Positions 27,683 to 40,116 of a DNA stretch of 64,000 bases are shown in pieces. A model generated the notes under the pieces. It was not told the DNA's origin. It worked only from the letters and a program-made list of their open reading frames with translations, and searched no databases. The position numbers and the translations under genes are program-made. Positions within the stretch are counted from its first letter, which is position 1. Every line of letters starts with the position of its first letter. The stretch is from Octopus vulgaris. Taxonomy: Eukaryota. Where the stretch lies: NCBI GenBank assembly GCA_951406725.2, contig OX597816.1, forward strand, positions 168,206,001 through 168,270,000, written 5' to 3'.

Positions 27683-28448
27683 ATTAATCAATATTAGGGT
27701 AGCAAAAAATTCAATAGAAATTATTTTGCCACCAGCGGTCTAGTGAGAAAAAGGAAATAGTCAGAGACTATTAATAAATTCAACAACAAATTGAGGAACG
27801 GCTATAATAGGCCGTTCGACAATGCATTGTCTAAAGAAGAACAGGGTAAATGTTTTTTAAATTTTTCCTCTGATTCCGGAATTACTACTATTTGCAGTTA
27901 GCCCTGGTTGCTATTTCTAGTGGGTCGAACGGCCTATTATAGCCGTTCCTCAATTTGTTGTTGAATTTATTAATAGTCTCTGAGTATTTCCTTTTTCTCA
28001 CTAGACCGCTGGTGGCAAAATAATTTCTATTGAATTTTTTGCTACCCTAATATTGATTAATTGATAATTTTCTGATTAATTCCGAAATTGAATCGGCAGT
28101 TTATATTTGCTGCCGATAAGTTGGCGCGAGTACGACGATTTTGAAAATTTTAGGTCATATATTGCCGAGGCATGAAGGTAGCTGCCTCGTGTAATTTCTG
28201 TCCCTTTCTGGCTCCTTTACTGATGAACGCGTTGGCCTTTGGAAGATTGACTTGATTGAGTTTAATTTAATTTAATCAGGCTGGTTTACCATTAAAAAAC
28301 GCTGAAACAATGCATTGTCTAAAGAAGAACAGGGTAAATGTTTTTTTAATTTTTCCTCTGATTCCGGAATTACTACTATTTGCGGTTAGCCCTGGTTGCT
28401 ATTTCTAGTGGGTCGAACAGCCTATTATAGCCGTTCCTCAATTTGTTG

Positions 28449-28450
<2 letters not shown>
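27678..28450 (+). mobile_element. Hammerhead-bearing 488-bp-period non-coding element with inverted 5' arm, inserted in (TA)n
   Basis: 27820-27962 repeats at 28308-28450. 27678-27820 is the reverse complement of 27924-28066. (TA)n on both sides. Confidence 0.85.
28212..28327 (+). ncRNA. Type I hammerhead ribozyme motif, canonical core
   Basis: CTTTA-CTGATGA-A(c)GCGTT...AACGCT-GAAA-CAATGCATTG-TC^TAAAG; predicted cleavage after C28319. Confidence 0.8.
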
Positions 28451-28507
<57 letters not shown>

Positions 28508-28510
<3 letters not shown>

Positions 28511-28710
28511 CTCTTTTACTCTTTTACTTGTTTCAGTCATTTGACTGTGGCCATGCTGGAGCACCGCCTTTAGTCGAGCAAATCGACCCCAGGACTTATT
28601 CCTTGTAAGCCTAGTACTTATTCTATCGGTCTCTTTTGCCGAACCGCTAAGTTACAGGGTCATAAACAAAACACACCACCATCGGTTATCAAGCAATGTT
28701 GGGGGGACAA

Positions 28711-28799
<89 letters not shown>

Positions 28800-28966
28800 C
28801 ATATATACGATGGGCTTCTTTCAGTTTCTGTCTACCAAATCCACTCACAAGGCTTTGGTCGGCCCGAGGCTATAGTAGAAGACACTTGCCCAAGTGCCAC
28901 GCAGTTGGACTGAACCCGGAACCATGTGGTTGGTAAGAAAGCTACTTACCACACAGCCACTCCTAC
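28508..28966 (-). mobile_element. tRNA-derived CORE-type SINE, family C
   Basis: Head TGGCTGTGTGG / GGTTCAGTCC, CORE-like CTTGGGCAAGT, internal TA/TG microsatellite, (GTAAAAGA)n tail. Confidence 0.9.
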
Positions 28967-29502
28967 TAACTTGACCTCATCCCATTTCAACCTAACATCT
29001 CTCAATCTATCAGTATATATATCCAAGCTAAGAAGAGCATCCTAGACCTCTACCCTACAAGATGACTACTAATAATATTCCTTCATTTTCTATTATAACT
29101 CCCTTACTATGCTTGATAGCAACAACCACCAAATATTAGTCTCAGACTTACCATGAGTATAAAAAGCCCATATCAAAATTTCCACACACTAGTTGGAGAA
29201 TATCCAACCTTTATACAATGCTAATGTGTTGACCTGACTATAAACACTAATGTGTTATGACTGTCCCTTTTTCAGATTTTGGCAATACCATGCCCCTGCT
29301 TCTACTAAGAGACTTTTATACTATCTTCTTTCTTCTCTTCACCCCTTTGTAACCTGTCTTCGCTTTTCTCACAAAAATTCATCATCTGAAAGCTTTCATC
29401 TTTTGCTTTCTCTTGTTTTGCATGTATACATATTTTGTTTTTGATGTATTTAATATGTTTAATATATTTGATGTGTCTAGTTTGTTTATCAATATAATTG
29501 CC

Positions 29503-29537
<35 letters not shown>

Positions 29538-29603
29538 GTGGTGCTATTAAGTTAGACATGGCCTGGACCAATCTTTGGTCGAAACATATCTAAGTTTATC
29601 TAG

Positions 29604-29672
<69 letters not shown>

Positions 29673-30233
29673 ATAATTATTATTTGAGGGAATAAAATCC
29701 AAACTTACAAGGAAAAAGAATTCAATTTAGAAATACTAAATCAAATTCCACACAATATAGTATACATAAAATATCAGAAAAAACCACCTTTTATGAATTC
29801 AAAATGAATAATTAAATTACACCATCTAGAAAATTACATATAATAGAAAAGTTAAAATTAATATAACAATTAAAAAGTAAAGATTAAGTAAATTACAAGA
29901 ATAATGTCATGTATATAGATTAATTTGTCCATGTAAATCTGACCTTGGTAAATTGAGTAAACTTATTTTAGATAAATATATTAATAAATTAGATAAATTA
30001 ATTACTTAAAATTATGGTTTAGTAATAATAATACTTTAAATTGGTTTAATAATATTAAAGGAAAAAAATCGATACAAATTTATTCAAATAGATATAGATA
30101 ATTACTATTCTTCTATTAATGAAATTGTTTTTAATAAGGCCCTTATTTTTGCAATGAATAAATATATATATATATATATGTATATATATGTATATATATA
30201 AATACATATATATATATATATGTATATATATAA

Positions 30234-30326
<93 letters not shown>

Positions 30327-31036
30327 TGTGTATAAATACTTGTGCGTATGTACAACAGAAAAATCTATAGTCCAATCCACTAATCTTTCAATACGCTTGT
30401 AGTAGAGCTCAGCACATCCCCAATTTCTGTTTGCCTTATCACTGCTTTCCCAACTTTAGAAACTAGGAAAATTGTTTCCTTTTCTGTCATTTGACCTCTT
30501 TTAACCATTAGGGCAGGACAACAGTTTGTAGTATCATATGTTTCTCAACATCTAATTGTAACTGAATCCTCTATTGGTGTCACTGACTGATTAAAATGTT
30601 TCTATGAATAAGTATTGGCAATATCAGGTGTGTTCATCACACTATAAAGCCTAAGTTGTATGCTGTTGGGCTTAAATAGTATTCTTTAGCTTCAGCCTGC
30701 TGAAGCCTCTCAGGTTTTTAAACAGAAAAGTCAGTAATTTCACTAAGGTGGTTAAATTTGAACCACATTGGCTGTTTGTCAATGCTGATATTACCTAAAG
30801 ATTGTTATAAAACATGAAAGTACTTGTAACATTATTATATGGGTCTTTTCTATTTGGCTGCCACTTTTCAATTTCTTCAATGTCGTTCCAGTTGATTTCA
30901 AATTTGGTGTAGTTTTGTATGCTCATTAATGACATGAAATTTACTTTTGCCATAAATTAGTAAATAAACAGTACATAGCTTTTAAAGTTTGCAAATTTTG
31001 GGTAATTTTAGTCAACTGAAAGCCACAGACAAATAG

Positions 31037-31352
31037 TGGAGGCACATGGCCTAGTGGTTAGAGCAGCGGACTCGTGGTCGAGGGATTGCAAGTTCAAATC
31101 TCAGACCATGCGATGTGTGTGTTTATGAGCGAAAACACCTAAGCTCCACGCGACTCCGGCAGAAGGTCATGGCGAACTTCTGTTGATTCTTTCGCCACAA
31201 CTTTCTCTCACTCTTTCCTCCTGCATCTTGCAGCTCACCTGTGATGGACTGGCGTCCCGTCCAGGTGGGGAACCTATACGCCAAGAAACCGGGACACTGG
31301 CCCTTATGAGCCAGGCATGGCTCGAGAAGGAACAAACAAACAAACAAACAAT
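31037..31352 (+). mobile_element. SINE family B with 12-bp TSD
   Basis: TSD acagacaaatag (31025-31036) / acagacatatag (31353-31364). Confidence 0.9.
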
Positions 31353-31574
31353 ACAGACATATAGGTGCCTGTTTCTATAGTAACAAGCCAAGTGTTAGAA
31401 AAGCATTTACGAATAATCATGTGTTTACAAACTGATATATTACACTGTGTTTTCCTGATTAAAATTTCAAGAAGTGCAGCTAAACAGAAAAGATCCTTAT
31501 TATATGTGATATTGTAAGATTGCAAAAACACAACAGTAAAATGAGAAAAAAAGGACAATGCTGGAATTTGATTC

Positions 31575-31915
31575 CTCATCATCATCATTTAGCATCATCA
31601 TCATTTAGCATCTGTTGTCCATGCTGACATAGGCAGGACAGTTTGACCAGGGCTGGTAAACTGGAAGGCTGAACCAGGCTCCAGTCTCATTTGGCATAGT
31701 TTTCTATGACTGGATACCCTTCCTAATGCAAACCACTCTGAGAGTGTAATGGGTGTTTTTACGTGCCACTGGCATGGGTACCATTTGCGTGGCACCGGTA
31801 TCTGCCATGACTGTGATTTTATGCAACCTGATGTGTCTTCTTCTCAAGCACGATATAATGCCAAAGGTCTCAGTCACTGCCTCTGTGAGGCCCAACACTC
31901 ACAAAGAACTCAGCC
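31575..31915 (-). mobile_element. RTE LINE 3' end fragment
   Basis: Same 3' UTR and (ATG)n tail as 33246-34115. Confidence 0.8.
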
Positions 31916-31996
31916 ACTTTACCTCCTGATTGACTAATGTACTTATCTATGCACAATTTTACAAACCCTGAACTATATATACACACGTACACATAT

Positions 31997-32234
31997 TACT
32001 CTTTCTCTCTTTTACTCTTTTACTTGTTTCAGTCATTTGACTGCGGCCATGCTGGAGCACCGCCTTTAGTTGAGCAAATTGACCCCGGGACTTATTCTTT
32101 GTAAGTCCAGTACTTATTCTATCGGTCTCTTTTGCCGAACCGCTAAGTGACGGGGATATAAACACACCAGCATCAGTTGTCAAGCAATGCTAGGGGGACA
32201 AACACAGATGCACAAACATATATACACACACACG

Positions 32235-32290
<56 letters not shown>

Positions 32291-32456
32291 TACGACAGGC
32301 TGCTTTCAGTTTCCGTCTACCAAATCCACTCACAAGGCATTGGTCGGCCCGGGGCTATAGCAGAAGACACTTGCCCAAGATGCCACGCAGTGGGACTGAA
32401 CCCGGAACCATGTGGTTGGTAAGCAAGCTACTTACCACACACCCATTTCTGCGCCT
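31997..32456 (-). mobile_element. SINE family C
   Basis: Full-length match to the other family C copies. Confidence 0.9.
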
Positions 32457-32476
32457 ATTATATTATATATATATAT

Positions 32477-32758
32477 GTGTCCGTTGCCAGCCTCGCCTGG
32501 CCCTCGTGCCGGTGGCACATAAAAAGCACCATCCGTTCGTGGCTGTTTGCCAGCTCTGTCTGGCACCAGTGCGGGTGGCACGTAAAAAGCACCCACTACA
32601 CTCACGGAGTGGTTGGCGTTAGGAAGAGCATCCAGCCGTAGAAACACTGCCAGATTTGACTGGGCCTGATGAAGCCTTCTGGCTTCACAGACCCCAGTAG
32701 AACCGTCCAACCCATGCTAGCATGGAAAATGGACGCTAAATGATGATGATGATGATGA
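32477..32758 (+). mobile_element. RTE LINE 3' UTR fragment with (ATG)n tail
   Basis: Near-exact reverse complement of 33246-33533. Confidence 0.85.
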
Positions 32759-33178
32759 TTATATATATATATATATTATAACTGAAAGGCCTCAATTTCC
32801 AGTACTCAAGTAGCTTCTTTCTGATCATTAGTTGCTGGTAAAGTGAGCCTGGTTTTCTTTTGAATATCCACAGTCTGAATTTTTTTATTCTATTTATTTA
32901 TCTATTTATTTTAATTATGAAATGGAAATTTAAAGGTAAAGCTTATCTTTATATTCTTTTGTTTAAAAACATTTATGAACGACTTTTGATTACATTTCTG
33001 GTTCTTGTGGTCGTATTGTTATAAACGTCATAAACTTCACACGATCGAAGTCAAGAAACCACATTGCTGTTTAAATATTATAAAATAATACTTTTAAGTA
33101 ATACCTATAATTGTTTTGTTTAAGAAACAGTGAATGTGCATGCAGGTGTTAATTTTGCATGTGCCTGTGCAGATGCAC

Positions 33179-33245
<67 letters not shown>

Positions 33246-33247
<2 letters not shown>

Positions 33248-34115
33248 ATCATCATCATCATCATCATCGTTTAGCGTCCGTTTTCCATGCTAGCATGGGT
33301 TGGACGGTTCTACTGGGGTCTGTGAAGCCAGAAGGCTTCATCAGGCCCAGTCAAATCTGGCAGTGTTTCTACGGCTGGATGCCCTTCCTAACGCCAACCA
33401 CTCCGTGAGTGTAGTGGGTGCTTTTTACGTGCCACCCGCACAGGTGCCAGACAGAGCTGGCAAACAGCCACGAACAGATGGTGCTTTTTATGTGCCACCG
33501 GCACAAGGGCCAGGCGAGGCTGGCAACGGACACGAAATGGGGCGGTGCTGGCAACGGTCACGAAACGGAAGGTTCTCTTACATGCCACCGGCACTGGTAA
33601 CACATCTGCAATTTCCATTGATCGATTTCCATTCTGATCCTCACTTGCCTCAACGGGTCTTCACAAGTAGAGTTTCGACATGCCACCGGCACTGGTAACA
33701 CATCTGCAATTTCCATTGATCGATTTCGATTCTGATCCTCACTTGCCTCAACAGGTCTTCACAAGTAGAGTTGATCCTCACTTGCCTCAACAGGTCTTCA
33801 CAAGTAGAGTTTTGTGTCCCAAGAAGGGAAGGTATGCATACGTAGGCTGGCTCCATCCCAAGCAGAAGGCCACGGGTTATGGACTCACTTGTCCTGCCGG
33901 GTCTTCTCGCGCACAGCACACTTCCAGAGGACTCGGTCTCTAGTCATTTCCTCAGTGAGACCTAAAGTTCGAAGGTCGTGCTTCACCACCTCGTCCCAGG
34001 TTTTCCTGGGTCTGCCTCTTCCACAGGTTCCCTCAACTGCTAGGGTGTGGCACTTTTTCACACAACTATCTTCATCCATTCTCGCCACATGACCATACCA
34101 GCGCAATCGTCTCTC
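33246..34115 (-). mobile_element. RTE LINE 3' end (ORF C-terminus plus 3' UTR)
   Basis: RWYGHVARMDEDSCVKKC...GRGRPRKTWDEVVKHDL; internal 98-bp and 39-bp tandem duplications at 33581-33811; (ATG)n tail. Confidence 0.9.
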
Positions 34116-34140
34116 TTATATATATATATATATATATATA

Positions 34141-34610
34141 TCATTACAGACATAGGGTGAAAGATAATTAATTTAATAAAATCAACAAATTTCACCTAGT
34201 AGTATTTCGGTATGGAAAAAGATCATATTTGGTAAAAAACTTATATGATTATAACAATAAGGGTTTTGCATCAAGTTGCTTGACCACATACCGAAAATTT
34301 TAGAAATAGCAGCCAAAGCACTACTATTTCCTTTTCTACAAAAATATGTCTCTACAGACAACAATATTTGTAACTCACATAAGGCAAAAAAAAAAGAAGA
34401 AAGATAATGAAATCAAACAGTCTTCGGTTAATTATGGACGTACGTTTCTGGGTTAGAATCATAAGACTCATTTCCTTCATCGACATAATATTGTTGTCTG
34501 TGGAGACATATTTTTGTAGAAAAAGGAAATAGTAGTCTTTTGGCTGCTATTTCTAAAATTTTCGGGATGTGGTCAAGCAACTTGTTGCAAAACCTTTATT
34601 GTTATAATTA
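34141..34610 (-). mobile_element. Hammerhead-bearing non-coding element with ~120-bp inverted arm, in (TA)n
   Basis: 34248-34367 is inverted relative to 34488-34609, with the HHR motif between the arms. Confidence 0.7.
34431..34489 (-). ncRNA. Degenerate type I hammerhead motif
   Basis: Minus strand ATTATG-TCGATGA-aGG..GAGTC ttat GATTC..CCa-GAAA-CGTACG-TC^CATAAT. Perfect 6-bp stem I; core CT is changed to TC. Confidence 0.55.
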
Positions 34611-34790
34611 TATATATATATAATTACATATATACATATGCACAAACTTAGGTACATATTTACACAGAATGATATATATTCATGCATACATATACATGTA
34701 TACATATATATATACATATACTCACATATAGACATGCACACACACACACATTTAAACATATATTAGCATTTCAAAAACGAACTAGACAGT

Positions 34791-35171
34791 AACTGCCTGG
34801 CAAAGTCATTTGTATACAGTGCAAAGGTTGAATCACATAGCTGTGATCAACCTAAAACATATATTGGGGTAACAGAGCTTTCAATCAAACACCGTTCTTA
34901 CAAGCATAACTTACATTTGTCAACCTCAACAGAAAATATGCTACCACTTTGTCAAAGTTTATATGGTTCTTGAGTGAGACAAGTCCTCATGAATTCAAAA
35001 TTATCTAATGTAGATAATGCACAACCTTTCAGGAATAGGGGCTTCAAATCAAAGATGTGGTGTGACCTTTGTTTGAGCAAAGATCTGAGAATTTTTAATG
35101 AAGCCACCAATATTTTGAACAAAAGAAATGAACTCTTAACACCTTGTATGCATGCAGCTAAGTATCATTAA
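34791..35171 (+). pseudogene. PLE GIY-YIG endonuclease remnant
   Basis: NCLAKSFVYSAKV...KTYIGVTELSIKHRSYKHN and CDLCLSKDLRIF...ILNKRNELLTPCMH. Confidence 0.8.
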
Positions 35172-35357
35172 TGCAAAAATAAGTTCCCTTGAATTTTGTC
35201 CAGGTTCAGAAAAAACCCTGGTTTTTGAAATGGTTAATTAATGAGTTTCATTAATATGTATGTTTTAATGTGTGAGTAATGAAAATTGAAGCCTTTCAAT
35301 TAAAATGAATTAATACTCTGCATTTATATTAAGTCCTGTAGTTTATTGTTTCTGGTG

Positions 35358-35359
<2 letters not shown>

Positions 35360-35392
<33 letters not shown>

Positions 35393-35640
35393 CCATCATC
35401 ATTATTTAACATCTCCTTTCCATGCTAGCATAGGTCAGCCACTTTGACTGGAACTGGTGAGCCGGAGGGCTGCACCAGACTCCAGTTTGATTTGGCATGA
35501 TTTTCACAGCTAGATGCCCTTCCTAATGCCAACTACTCTGAGAATGTAATCAGTGCTTTTTATGCACCCCTGGCACGGGCGCCATTTACATGACACCAGC
35601 AATTTCATTTGGCTTGACAAGTCCTATCAAGCACAGCAAC
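35360..35640 (-). mobile_element. RTE 3' UTR fragment
   Basis: (CAT)n followed by the ttccatgctagca...gatgcccttcctaatgcc motifs. Confidence 0.75.
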
Positions 35641-35899
35641 AGTATACCTTGCATTTTCTGTGATACATTTCTATGGAACATTTAACTTGACCAACATATT
35701 GCTGGATATTCCAAATATATAACAAATTGTTTTTTTGCTCTAAAATAGAACAATCTCAACATAAAATGTCAATCAGGTTAGCTTTCTCAACATTTGTTTG
35801 CAAATCAAATCTTTTATTGATTTTCTTGGATTGATTAATTGTTCTCCCAGGTGTGGAAGCAAGACCTAGAATCAAAGGGCCAAAGACTTAATCTAGCAA

Positions 35900-36982
35900 A
35901 AACCAAAGTCTTAGTATGTAGGAAAGCAGAAAATCACAAATCCCTTTAGGGTGACAACCCTGCTCAATTTGTAGAAAGGGCATAGGTAGAAACTCCACAA
36001 AATGTACCCAGTGTAAGCTATAGACACATAAGAGGTGCAGCAATACCAGAGGAAGATTGATAGGGAAATTAGCTTTTGTGTGTGAAAGGTGAACAGAAAG
36101 AATTAACATTAAAAACTTAGAGAAAACAAACTCTATCAAATACTAGGGAGGAAAGCTAGTAGTAATTGATAGCTTCTGTTACCTAGGTGACCAAGCCAAT
36201 AGTGAAGGTAGGTGCTCCAAAAGCATAGCTGCTAGAATAAGAGTAGGCTGGGCAAAGTTCAGAGAGCTCCTAGCTCAGCTGGTAACAAAGGACTTCTCCC
36301 TCGGAGTGAAAGGCAGAATGTATGATGCCTGCGTGCAAACAGCCATGCTACATGGCAGTAAAACAGGGGCTGTGATTGCTGAGGACATACATAGGCTTAA
36401 AAGAAATGAAGTTAGTATGCTTCGTTGGGTGTGCAATGTCATAGTGCATGTAAAACAGAGCATAAAAGTCTTGAGAGACAAGTTGGGCATAAGAGGCATC
36501 AGATGTGGTGTGTAAGAAAGACAACTGCACTGGTGTGGTCATGTGAAGCGTGTGGATGTGAACAGCTGTGTGAAGAAGTGCAGATTTCTAACAGTGGAGT
36601 ATGTTGTGGAAAAGGTAAACCCAGGTAGACATGGGACAATGAGGTGAAGCATGATTTTCAAACGTTGGGCCTCACGGAAGCAAGGATTAGTGACTGAGAC
36701 CTTTGGTAATATGCCATGTTTGAAAAGACCCATCAAGCCAAGGGAAATCATAGCTGTGGCCATTGTCGGTGTAACATAACTGGCACTCATGCCAGTGGCA
36801 CATAAAAGCACCCATTACACTCTCAGAGTGGTTGGCATTAGGAAGGACATCAAGCCATAGAGACCATGCCAACCAGACTGAAGTCTGGCGCAGTCCCTCA
36901 GCTTACCAGCCCTGGTCAAACCATCCAACCCATGCCAACATGGACAACAGACGTTAAATGATGATGATGATGATGATGATGC
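35900..36982 (+). mobile_element. RTE LINE 3' portion, degraded
   Basis: SFCYLGD, ARIRVGWAKFRE, KGRMYDACVQTAMLHGSKT, 3' UTR and (ATG)n tail. Confidence 0.85.
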
Positions 36983-38228
36983 TATAAATAATTTCATCAT
37001 GCTTTTATTGTATCAAAGCCTTGAAACCTGTTATACCTCTTTCTTTAATTCTCTGTGGCAGGCCATTCTTTTTCAGCATTCAGTTTTAGTATATAATTGG
37101 AATTCATTTTATAGAATGTCAACTAATTTGTTAAAGTGTTAATAATAGATTGTTTGTATTACGTTTGTAATGAAAGCGTTTATAACTTGTTGGCTCAATC
37201 TGCCTAGCTGTAAATAACAAGCAATACTAAACGATTTTCTCACCATTTCAGAAATTGACCTGTTAGACAGGTCAATTTGTTTCTCTTTCTTTTTTTTTCT
37301 GTTGTTTTTACATTTGGTATATGTATATTCGTTTTTGACAACATTTATAATCCTGATACATAAACATGTGTGTGTATGTGTGTGTGGTGTTTAGATAAAG
37401 ATAGTTATGGCCAGTCTGTGGGGTTACCCAGGGTTTCACATTCAGAAAGCACTTAGCTTTACCACATCTTGTCAGACTTTAATGGTCAGTGACCTATAAC
37501 TTTTCTTCAAAGTGGAGGGAGAAAAGACTTTGTTGCTAGGTGTTGCACACACAGACAAAGGTGAAAGGTCAGACACAAGGGACTGCCTCCCTTAAACCGC
37601 TATCCAGAATCCACCCAGTCAGCTTGCGGGTCCTAAGATTTTAGCAGGAATTGCCTGAAGTATGAGCAAGGTCTGAAGACTTCCATCCTGGAATTTAAGA
37701 TGTTCTCTTTTTAATTTCATATATGTTTCACAAGGCTTTTGTACTAAAACAGACAAGAAGGTTCTCAAAGAATCCTTTTGGAGATTAGCTTGTACCTTAA
37801 TTTTCAGGTTACAATTAAAGTTAGAATCGGCATAAACATCTTTAAAACGTTATGAAGTTCTTCTTGGGACTTTTCAGGTTTTGTGGTCAAAATTTCATAG
37901 GACTGATAAACTATCATTTTATGCAAAGACAATATATTCAGTGAACTGCTTTTATTCATAATATTCCTTTCTAAAGTAATCATCATTACAAAATTATTTA
38001 TCTTTCATAGGACGCCTGTTCATGATATTCCCCTATCACATTTCAAGTGAAAGACAAGAATGTTTGAAGAACGTGATCATACTTAAAATGACAATCATTT
38101 CTTTTTCTCTTTTTCTCTTTTTTGACTACCCCAGATATTACACAATTGTACTGTATGTCAAATATCAACTCCTCTTTTACTACCACTTACACTGTCTCTT
38201 CATACTATCCCCCAAATTCTTCATTCTG

Positions 38229-38267
<39 letters not shown>

Positions 38268-38302
38268 CGTGTGTATATATATATATATTTTTATATATGT
38301 GT

Positions 38303-38374
<72 letters not shown>

Positions 38375-38612
38375 TATATATATACATATATATGCATATA
38401 CATACATATATATATGTGTGTGTGTGTGAGTGTGTGTGTGTGTATGTGTGTGTGTGCACAATAGTGTGACAAATATTTTCCAGTGCTATATCTGAAGAAT
38501 CTGAAAGAAGAAATGGCAATAAGAAAAGTTCACGAATCTATTTAACTTTGTTACATCTATACATAAATACATATACTCATGCATGCATATGTGAATGTAT
38601 ACACACACTTTT

Positions 38613-38649
<37 letters not shown>

Positions 38650-39047
38650 GTGGGGAGAATCTAGTAAGCACATAAATGCAAGGCAAAGTAGAAAAAATAA
38701 AGAAGTGTTCGAATATTCTCTAGCCTTTTTAAAGGCAACCTTTTCAATCCAAAGGATTTTTAACCCTCAGCGTTATTTGTAATTAGAACAGATGGATACA
38801 TTAGTATACAGACTCAAGTCTGTAACAATGTATATCTATTTGAAAACTTAGTAACTTCTATGCTGGAGTGAGACAGCATGTTCTTTCTCTATCTCCTTAA
38901 CTTCTTGGAGATTTTAGGTATAATTATACTAATGTGTCCATCTGTTCTAATTTAATTAAATTCTATGTCTTTGTGCAGCTGAAGATTGCTCTGCATTTTA
39001 AATTGATGTAATGATTGCATTGTTCAATTAAATGGAGTTGCATGAAA

Positions 39048-39765
39048 TTAGGCAACCAAGTTAGTAACAGAGGTGATTGCTCCAAGAGCGTAGCTGTGAG
39101 AATAAGAGTAGGCTGGGCAAAGTTCAGAGAGCTCCTACTTCTGTTGTCAACAAAGGCCTGTGTAAACAGCTATGCTATGCAGCAGTAAAATATGGGCTGT
39201 GACCACTGAGGACGTGTATGCTTGAAAGAAATGATGCTAGTATACTTTACTGAATGGGCAATGTCAGTGTGCATATACGACAGTGTGTAAGCATCTTGAG
39301 AGAAAAGTTAGGCCTTATATTCATCAGGTGTGGTGTCCAAGAGAGATGACTGCAATGGTATGGTCACGTGATGTGTATGGACGAGGACAGATGCATAATG
39401 AAGTGCCAATCTCTAACTGTGGAGGGAACATGTAGTAGAGGTAGATCCAGGACGACATGGGTTGAGGTGGAGATGCATGAACTTCGGATATTGGCCCTTA
39501 CTGAGATAATGACTAGTGACTGAGACCTTCGGCATGCCATGCTGATCCTGACATCATGTAAAAGTTACTATTTGAGCAGTGGGCCTCACAGAGGTAATGT
39601 GACTGATACCAGTGTCACGTAACATGCACCTATGCAAGTGGCATGTAAAAATCACCATTCGTGTGGTAGGCCTCACGGAGTCAATGCAACTGATGCTGGT
39701 GTCTCATAACTGGCACTCATGCTGGTAGCGTGTAAAAGCACCTATTACACTTTCAGAATGTTTGG
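39048..39765 (+). mobile_element. RTE LINE 3' portion, degraded
   Basis: Colinear with 36183-36840. Confidence 0.8.
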
Positions 39766-40083
39766 CAAATTAAATATTTAAAAGCTACGAACAAACCAAC
39801 AGGAGTTGCTAGAAATAACAGTCAAAACATTAAAATATACAAGAGCAAAGTTAACAGTGAAAACAGTGATAAAAATTAAAACATTCGTGAGCAAATTAAA
39901 TATTTAAAAGTAACAAGTAAACCAATAGGAGTTGCTAGAAATAACAGTCAAAACATTAAAATATACACGAGCAAAGTTAACAGTGAAAACAGTGGTAAAT
40001 ATTAAAACATTCGTGAGCAAATTAAATATTTAAAAGCGACAAGTAAGCCAACAGGAGTTGCTAGAAATAACAGTCAAAACATT
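39766..40083. repeat. ~125-bp tandem repeat, about 2.5 units
   Basis: Units start gcaaattaaatatttaaaag at ~39766, ~39891 and ~40017. Confidence 0.9.
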
Positions 40084-40116
40084 GCTTAAAATAAAACGTT
40101 TATAAGTTTTAAAAAT

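Noticed and set aside
32663-32690. CTGATGA-AGCC-ttct-GGCT in the RTE 3' UTR
   Set aside because: No GAAA, stem III or NUH site follows, and other copies read CTGGTG.
37620-37986. Short open frames on the minus strand
   Set aside because: No recognisable motifs; compatible with chance.
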